Shown here piece by piece: positions 19,542-27,179 of a stretch of 27,179 bases of DNA (the stretch's first letter is position 1; every line of letters begins with the position of its first letter). The stretch spans positions 1-27,179 of the forward strand of contig NW_021834072.1 of the NCBI RefSeq assembly GCF_006345805.1, in the 5' to 3' direction. The position numbers were made by a program, and so were the translations under genes. This DNA comes from Octopus sinensis (taxonomy: Eukaryota). The notes beneath the pieces were generated by a model. The model ran no database searches. It worked only from the letters and a program-made list of their open reading frames with translations, and had not been told where the DNA came from.

Positions 19542-19900
19542 ATATACGTGTGTGTATACACATATAAATACTCACACATACATAATTCATGCATATGTAT
19601 ATATATATATATATGTCTATGTGTGTGTATATATGTATAGATGTAAGTATACATCAACACACATGTATATAATATATATATATACGCATACACATATAGG
19701 CATACATACACGCACATACTTACATACATACATTAATACCAATACTTACAAGCATACATACACACACTAGCGTCTTCTGCATCACAATTACTGGCCCTAT
19801 ATCACACCACAGCACACACTACATAACACACAACGTACCACAAAACCACACCACAAAAACCACACCACACCACACCACTCCACAGCCACATCCACACTAC
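19308..19900. repeat. Compound TA/TG/CA and (CACCA)n low-complexity block
   Basis: Direct arrays. Confidence 0.92.
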
Positions 19901-20089
19901 AAACCGACGCTACTATTTCTATTACACTACCACTTCCGCCTCTATCAAACTTTCATTCACAACTTCCGCCCATACCAGCACATTCAATCAGTAACACCAT
20001 CCATCACCAGACAACACTAACCCCAGCTCTCAAAACGACCCGCCAGCCCAACCCCACCCCTGCGTATCGCTACCGCCATACTTACCGCA

Positions 20090-20175
20090 ACAGCAACAAG
20101 ACCTACGTCAACAACAACAATAACAACAACACCTCCAACAACAACAACAGCAACAATAACAACAACAACAACATT
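20090..20175. repeat. (CAA)n microsatellite
   Basis: Direct array. Confidence 0.92.
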
Positions 20176-20339
20176 ATCTCCTGCCCAATATACATGTGAT
20201 AATGATTATATTTTAAATACCAGTTTGAGATCGTTATATAAACATGTGAAATAACATTAGTTCGTATTCAATACAATTGCGAAACGTTACTAGTCTTGAT
20301 TATGAGGCTTTGTCGGTGCCTTAATTTTCACTGTTCCAT

Positions 20340-20449
20340 CATCTTTTTCTTTCTCCCTCTCTCTATAGAACTCTCGCTCTCTCTTTCCCCTCTTTCTCTT
20401 TTCCTCTCTCTCTCACACTTTTTCTTTCACTTTCTCTCTCCTATATGTG

Positions 20450-20492
<43 letters not shown>

Positions 20493-20532
20493 TGTATCTA
20501 TGTTTGGCTTTATGTATGCATGCATGTAAGTG

Positions 20533-20579
<47 letters not shown>

Positions 20580-20608
20580 ATGCACATATATATGTATATG
20601 TATGTATG

Positions 20609-20643
<35 letters not shown>

Positions 20644-20742
20644 ATGTATATGAACGTATATATACATATATATACATATGTATATATATACATGCATACA
20701 TACATATATATATATATGTATATGTACATATATGTATGTATA

Positions 20743-20774
<32 letters not shown>

Positions 20775-20800
20775 CATATATATATATACGTATGTATGTA
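20340..20800. repeat. (CT)n then compound TA/TG/TATG block
   Basis: Direct arrays. Confidence 0.94.
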
Positions 20801-20974
20801 TAAGCAAGCTTGTTTCGCTTTTTGTTCGTTTGTTTATTTTTTCTTTGTTCTTTTCTGCTTTATATTGTTTTTAATTGTTCGTCAAAGGGGGAAAGAGAGA
20901 ATTCTTTTGTCTAAAATGTAGTCAACTCTTCAATAGATTATGCTTCGAAACTTTTCATTTGTGCTCGTAAGTAT

Positions 20975-21348
20975 GTGCATATACATACACATACATGCAA
21001 ACGTACATATATGCACATATACATAAATACATATACACATACAGACATATATGTCTGCGTATATATATATATATATATACATAAATACATATACACCTAC
21101 AGACATATGTGTATATATATATATATGTATATGTGTGTAATTACATATACATATACATATAGATACATGTATATATGTATATATGTATGTATATATATAT
21201 ATATATATATGTATGTTTACATGTATATGTGTGTATATATATATATATTATATATACATATATTTGCTTATGCGCACACATACGAGTTCACCCATACGCC
21301 TCTAAAAATATAAAAACGCACATATATATATGTTTATATACGTATATA

Positions 21349-21402
<54 letters not shown>

Positions 21403-21430
21403 TATATATGTATGTGTATATATATATATA

Positions 21431-21464
<34 letters not shown>

Positions 21465-21465
21465 A
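20975..21465. repeat. Compound CATA/TA/TG block
   Basis: Direct arrays. Confidence 0.94.
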
Positions 21466-21639
21466 TGCTGCCAATTGCTCCCCTTATTTCTGTCCGTTTA
21501 AATAATTTCTCTATATCGTTATTATCGATCCTTTTCAGATGAGGTATTGTATTTTTGTATTGATTCCGCTTGTTTTATGCTATTGATTTTATTCACTGTA
21601 CGTTCGATTTTTCATTGGTTGACGATGTTGTGAGCAAAA

Positions 21640-21800
21640 ACAAGTAGCAGCAATGGCCGCAGCATCAGCAACACCACCATTGACTGCAGCGGTGGCGGCG
21701 GCGGCGGCAGCGGTGCTGGTCGGTTTTGGTGTTGGTGGTGTTGGTGGTGGTGGTGGTTGTGGTGTTTGGGTCGTTGGTCGTTGTCGTCGTCGTCATGGAG
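21640..21800. repeat. Degenerate CAG/GCG/GGT trinucleotide block
   Basis: Trinucleotide simplicity. Confidence 0.8.
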
Positions 21801-22338
21801 GTACATGCGAAGACGGCGGTGTTGAGACAACACCGAAACGATCAGATTGTTTGAAGAAGTAAAACTAACACGATAAACTAAATAAACAAACAAACAGAAG
21901 GAAGAAAAGAAACTACAAATAATTATTAATAAAAAATAAAAAAGACTGAGTACGAAAAAAATAAAATTGGAAGATAAAAGGAAAGAAAGCCGAAAGTGTA
22001 CAAGTTAAGAAAACGAAGTCTATGATGGCTGCTGTTACACCAGAACAATGACCGAGCAATGACAGAAGAATGACAGAATCCGTATGATGTTTATAAAAAG
22101 TCATAGGTTACGTCTATGTGTGCACAAAGCTCAAAAATTGATACAAGACCTTCAGATTTTGTTGTTGTTTTTGTTGTTGTGTTATACTCCTGCTGTGCCG
22201 ATCAATTGTAACAGAGTTACCATGGGATCAAAGATGTTCCAGCCGTGAGCTCTCCTCTGTTTTCCTTTTTGAGTTTTTTTTTTTTGGGGGGGGGGGGTTA
22301 ATCTACTTCGGTTGGGTTACTATATATATAATATACCC

Positions 22339-22497
22339 ATCGTCTTCACGTTCTGAGTTCAAATTCCGCTGTGGACTACTTTGCCTTTTTTCCATTCAAG
22401 GTTGATAAGATAAGTATCATTTGAGCACGGGGGTCGATGTAACTGATTTACCTCCTCCGCAAAAATTGCTGGCCTTATGCCAAAATTTGAAACCGTA
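22339..22497 (+). mobile_element. SINE family A, 5'-truncated and diverged
   Basis: acgttctgagttcaaattccgc...ctttgcc...ggggtcgatgtaa...ggccttatgccaaaatttgaaacc. Confidence 0.68.
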
Positions 22498-23238
22498 TAG
22501 TATGCCCCTTTTTTTGTTTTATTTCGACACTTTTGTGTGATTTGAGGATCACGGTATCACGTAGATTAACTTCAATTGGTTGTTATTTGGATTACGATTA
22601 TGCGGCTCTTTTCAAGTAATGCGTTACCCGTACTGCTCAGTTATTCTACAAGGTTTTGCCATTCTAAGATGTCAGGATGTAGTTGGAGGAAAAATTGCCT
22701 GCAGTTTCTAACAATCCGAATAACCATATATACTTATTGTTATTCACTGATTCAGTATGCCGGAAATCAAAGGCAGTGAAGCTGTAATCATTCCATCCGA
22801 TTTTTACTCATAGTGTAACCCAGATTACATCATTCGATATTTTTCTCTTTATTCTTTTTTCAAAAACCAAAAGGGTATTTCTTGTTGGAAATTTGGCTGC
22901 TTTTTCTTGCGGATCCAACTACACCTTAACATGCAGTATTATAAATATTTTTAATTCCTTCTAAACAGGACCATCTCAGCTCTATTTTTGGGAAAATTTT
23001 ACAGAACTATAGAGAGTGGTTTGATGAATATTTGGTTGACAATTTTAAGTGAAGCTACCCCATAGTAATAGATCTACCGACAAAATAAAAAAACAAGCGG
23101 GCCTCTTTGTGGTTTTGTACTCAGAGTGCTAAGATATATCACTAAATATCACAAGATATTATCTCTGGGACCTTACCGATTCTGTCTGTCACCTGTCATA
23201 TATGAAAATAATGGGTTCTGATTATTTGCATGGAATTA

Positions 23239-24498
23239 TTGGGTTGTCCGGAAAATTCGTGCTGATTTTTAAAGGAAAGAAAAAGGTCAATAAATACTTG
23301 CCATTACATTTTTAATCAACTAAATATGAACCATTTTGTTACAAAATGCGTCTCCATCTTTCCTTTAATTTGAAAATACCATCTTCCTAGAACTGAGGGG
23401 GTTTCATGGCAAAGAATTCATCAAGGCATCTTTTTACGTCATCCAAGGAATTGACATTTTTACCATTAAGACTATTCTGCAGAAACCTGAATAAGTGGAA
23501 ATCCGAAGGTGAATATGGACGGTGGGGTAACACATCCCAGCCGAGCTGCATCAATTTTTGTCTGGTTCCCAAAGAAACATGCGGTCTTGCATTATCATTT
23601 TGGAAAACAACACCCTTCCTGTTGCCCAATTCTGGACGTTTCTCTTGATTGCTGCTTTTAACTCGTCCAGCTGTGTGCAGTATTTCTCAGAATTAATTGT
23701 CTGGTTACTTAGGAGAAGCTCATAGTACAGAATACCTTTCCAATTCTACCAGGACTTTTTTAGAGTGAAGACCCGCTTTTGGAGTGGCTAAGGGTCGCTC
23801 ATGTCTCTTACTCTAGGGTCGCTTTCTCTGAACATTTCGATAGATAATACATTTCTCATCACCTGTCACAATTTGCTTTAAAAAAGGCTCGTTTTCATTC
23901 CGTTTATAAAGCGAATCACAGATGGAAATGCGATCCAAAAGGTTCTTCTCATACAACTAATGTGGTACCCAAACATCGTAACGATTTGTGTACCCAAGCT
24001 TTATCAGGTGCTCATGAACGACGGATTTTGATAGGTTGAGGCTTTCTGCCAATTCTCGGGTTGTGCAATGTGGGTTATTCTCAATTAATGACTTGATTTG
24101 GTCATCATTTGTAGTCGATGGTCTGTCTGATCGCGCTTTATCAATAAAGCTACAATCTCCAGCTCGGAACCTTGCGAACCACTTCCGTACAGTTATTTCG
24201 GATAAAGAAACATTACTGTAAACTGCGCATATTTCTTTGGTTGCTTGTGAGGCATTTTTCCCTTTACGGAAAAAGAAAAGCATCAAGTGCCGAAAATGAA
24301 CTTTCTTATCTTCCATTTTAAAGGGTTACAGAATTAACACAGGTTATAGGAACATAAACCTTCTTCCACGAAAAGATAGCTTAAACTGTGCTCTAAATGG
24401 AGGTGTAGTCAAATCCTATTTTATGGACTCAACCATGTTCTAAAATAAGTCGAAAGGTAAGCTACTATAAATCGGCACGAATTTTCCGGACAACCCAA
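23239..24498 (-). mobile_element. Full-length mariner DNA transposon (1260 bp), mellifera-subfamily-like
   Basis: 30-bp TIRs TTGGGTTGTCCGGAAAATTCGTGC(T/C)GATTT at 23239-23268 and 24469-24498 with one mismatch; TA TSD at 23237-23238 and 24499-24500. Confidence 0.96.
23312..24316 (-). pseudogene. Mariner transposase pseudogene
   Basis: MEDKKVHFRHLMLFFFRKGKNASQA..., WVPH, VTGDEK, QNDNARPH, PYSP--SDFHLF. At least four premature stops, a frameshifting deletion near 23750, and an in-frame 4-residue loss in YSPDLAPSD (D30D instead of D34D spacing). Confidence 0.93.
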
Positions 24499-24689
24499 TA
24501 GTGGAAATGTTTTGGGGATTCTGTTACACTGAGAAGGAGAATGTTTCGATACCATTTCCACTTTCGATATCTTCAATGATTTGGGACATGTATTACTTTA
24601 ACCGATGAGAAGTTTTCACCAAATTTCTGCCAATCTAGTTTCAGCCAGAGGCTGGGGCCATTCTGGAGCACTGCCTTTCAGTGTTGCAC

Positions 24690-25035
24690 TTAAGTTTACT
24701 TTTCTGTACTCCTTTTGATGAAGTAGCGAGTTCAACGTAACTGCTCTTCCTTGTGCCTCCATCCACGATGTATGTTGATTTGCTACTTCAGATAAGAACT
24801 TGACCACACGCTCTTTGAAGACCTCCACATCTACAACTCGCAGAACTTTGAGGTTGTTGACTGAATGTTACACAGTTGTGAACTGTTGAAAGTCAAGATA
24901 TTACAGAACAGGGTCCTTATTCTAGTTAGAGACGATGGGATTTTTGGTGCAATACAGTTCCATCCAGTTTGGTGATTGGTACAGCTTTCAATTTCAAAGT
25001 TGGGAGCTAGACCTTCCAGGATCTTCTATACATAT
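24690..25035 (-). mobile_element. LINE ORF2 C-terminal remnant (CR1/L2-group-like)
   Basis: Minus-strand translation YI*KILEGLAPNFEIES...PKIPSS...IRTLFCN...SQLCNI, then after a frameshift VDVEVFKERVVKFLSEV...NSLLHQ, resembles the post-RT C-terminus of invertebrate LINEs. Clade assignment is from memory, not from a search. Confidence 0.68.
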
Positions 25036-25190
25036 AGTCCATTTACATACACACACAAATACATAAATATACATATGTATCTACGTATGCATATGTGTGT
25101 ATATACACAAACTCGCACACACACATATATATACATATGCCTATATTCATGCATATATGTTTGTGTATGTGTAGATATATATAATAGCGA
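25030..25190. repeat. CA/TA/TG low-complexity block
   Basis: Alternating purine-pyrimidine arrays. Confidence 0.88.
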
Positions 25191-25244
25191 TGGAAGTAGA
25201 ATTAATACCAAACAGTAAATTTATATCAAAATTAATGTAGATGC

Positions 25245-25528
25245 TGTGTTAGAACAGAGAATGCTGCGTCATTTACCTTGAGAGACCTCTCATATGGACA
25301 CGTGGGGCAAAGAAAACACTCGTATCTACATCGCTGACAAACGAGAACCGGCTGCTACGACCACCGAGGCGTCCAAACATGTCAAAATCACGTAATTTGG
25401 CAATTCCAGTAATCATAGCAGACGGCTCTCGTTTGTCAACAATATAAACGTGAGGGCCTTTATGCACAGCGAATCCTTATGAGAGGTCCTCTCAAGGTAA
25501 ATAACGCAGCATTTTCTATTCTAACACA
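25245..25528. mobile_element. 284-bp fold-back element (MITE-like)
   Basis: Outer arms 25245-25294 and 25478-25528 (3 mismatches plus 1 gap); inner arms 25335-25357 and 25416-25438 (2 mismatches in 23); central spacer about 52 bp. No clear TSD. Confidence 0.75.
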
Positions 25529-25567
25529 ACACCCACGTTACATTGTATATAAAAAATTTCCTTTACA

Positions 25568-25732
25568 GGAGTGGCTGTGTGGTAAGTAGCTTGCTAACCA
25601 ACCACATGGTTTCGGGTTCAGTCCCATTGCATGGCATCTTGGACAAGTGCCTTCTGCTATAGCCCCGGGCCGACCAATGCCTTGTGAGTGGATTTGGTAG
25701 AAGGAAACTGAAAGAAGCCTGTCGTATATATG

Positions 25733-25782
<50 letters not shown>

Positions 25783-26010
25783 TGTGTGTGTGTCTGTGTT
25801 TGTCCCCCTAGCATTGCTTGACAACCGATCGCTGGTGTGTTTACGTCCCCGTCACTTAGCGGTTCGGCAAAAGAGACCGATAGAATAAGTACTGGGCTTA
25901 CAAAGAATAAGTCCCGGGGTCGATTTGCTCGACCAAAGGCTGTGCTCCAGCATGGCCGCAGTCAAATGACTGAAACATGTAAAAGAGTAAAAGAGTAAAG
26001 AGTAAGAGTA
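25568..26010 (+). mobile_element. SINE family B, near full length
   Basis: Pol III-type head (tggctgtgtggtaag; gggttcagtccc), central (TA)n(TG)n, tail catggccgcagtcaaatgactgaaac and (aagagta)n end. Confidence 0.95.
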
Positions 26011-26016
26011 TAATGC

Positions 26017-26400
26017 TTGGATGGAATTTATAAGCATTTAATGCATCGCTACGCGCATTTCCACAAATCACATGTCTCTTAAGATCACAGACCATATTCC
26101 TGGGACGATTACCGAGAAAACCGTAATATCCGTGGGTATCGGGTTGATCAACTTCATGGATTCACTTCTTCAGGCGATAGATGTACAGCAGAGGGACGTT
26201 TATCCCTCTTTACTCGCTTAACCTTCATACTAGTTATATCGCCTGAAGAAATGAATCCATAAAGGTGATCAACCCGATGCCTACAGATACTACGGACTGC
26301 ACTGTAATCGTCCCAAGAATACGGACTGTGATCTTAAGAGGCACGTGGTTGGTGGAAACGCGCGTAGCGATGTATTGAATGTTAATAATTTCCATCCCAA
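26017..26400. mobile_element. 384-bp fold-back element with about 163-bp arms (MITE-like)
   Basis: Arms 26017-26179 and 26237-26400 align end to end (25 mismatches plus 1 gap, about 84%); the 57-bp spacer has its own GAGGGA/TCCCTC stem. Confidence 0.85.
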
Positions 26401-26568
26401 AAATTATTGTTGTTAGTATTATATTTATTCTCATTATATCGGTACAGCTGGATGCAAACCCGAAAAACTGGTTCACCAGTAATCATTATCAGGCTGTGGC
26501 CGGCATAATAGAAAAGGAGCCTTATTTGCATATTCAAAAATGATTCCCAGAAACAAATTTCAAAGATA

Positions 26569-26966
26569 CTGTGTGGTAAGTAGCTTGCTAACCAACCACA
26601 TGGTTGCGGGTTCAGTCCCACTGCGTGGCATCTTGGGCAAGTGTCTTCTGCTATAGCCCCGGGCCGACCAATGCCTTGTGAGTGGATTTGGTAGACGAAA
26701 ACTGAAAGAACCCTGTCGTATATATGTATATATATATATGTGTGTGTGTGTATGTGTGTCTGTGTTTGTCCCCCTAGCATTGCTTGACAACCGATGCTGG
26801 TGTGTCTACGTCCCCACCACTTAGCGGTTCGGCAAAATAGACCGATAGAATAAGTACTGGGCTTACAAAGAATAAGTTCCGGGGTCGATTTGATCGACTA
26901 AAAGCGGTGCTCCAGCATGGCCGCAGTCAAAATAACTGAAAACAAGAGAAAAGAGAAAAGAGAAAG
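26569..26966 (+). mobile_element. SINE family B, slightly 5'-truncated
   Basis: Highly similar to the 25568 copy; (aaagaga)n tail. Confidence 0.95.

Positions 26967-27179
<213 letters not shown>

Noticed and set aside
19931-19970. Two ACTTCCGCC (ETS-like) motifs 30 bp apart
   Set aside because: Embedded in C/A-skewed low-complexity sequence; no promoter context.
22274-22297. T12-G12 homopolymer junction / G-quadruplex potential
   Set aside because: A simple homopolymer, prone to sequencing length error, with no supporting context.
26524-26531. Octamer ATTTGCAT (also 23224-23231) as an snRNA-type enhancer
   Set aside because: Isolated 8-mers in AT-rich DNA with no PSE or snRNA body nearby.

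Overview
Eukaryotic, gene-free, repeat-saturated DNA that looks like an octopus (coleoid cephalopod) intergenic or intronic region. This is inferred from the tRNA-headed SINE families and the (TA)n/(GATA)n/(AAT)n load; my rough tally puts simple repeats at about 30% of the window. No intact host CDS is supported: the long ORFs in the track are microsatellite translations or transposon debris. Supported content: about 15 SINE copies or fragments from four families; one full-length dead mariner (23239-24498, 30-bp TIRs, TA TSD); an older internally deleted mariner with a nested SINE (16069-17365); a Helitron-type element nested in a Tc2-like MITE (13747-14303); and a LINE ORF2 3' remnant. The most interesting unexplained signals are (i) minimal Penelope-type hammerhead-ribozyme motifs with palindromic stem III (18194-18228 on minus, 4043-4080 on plus inside a 136-bp inverted-repeat cassette, and a relic at 1533-1571), (ii) a split array of 33-bp units, each a palindromic stem with a variable 6-nt centre, overlapping phase-compatible splice signals (12371-12949), (iii) two long fold-back elements alternating with SINEs (25245-26966), and (iv) several small template-switch structures. 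None is a proven new system; all calls come from reading by eye without database searches.
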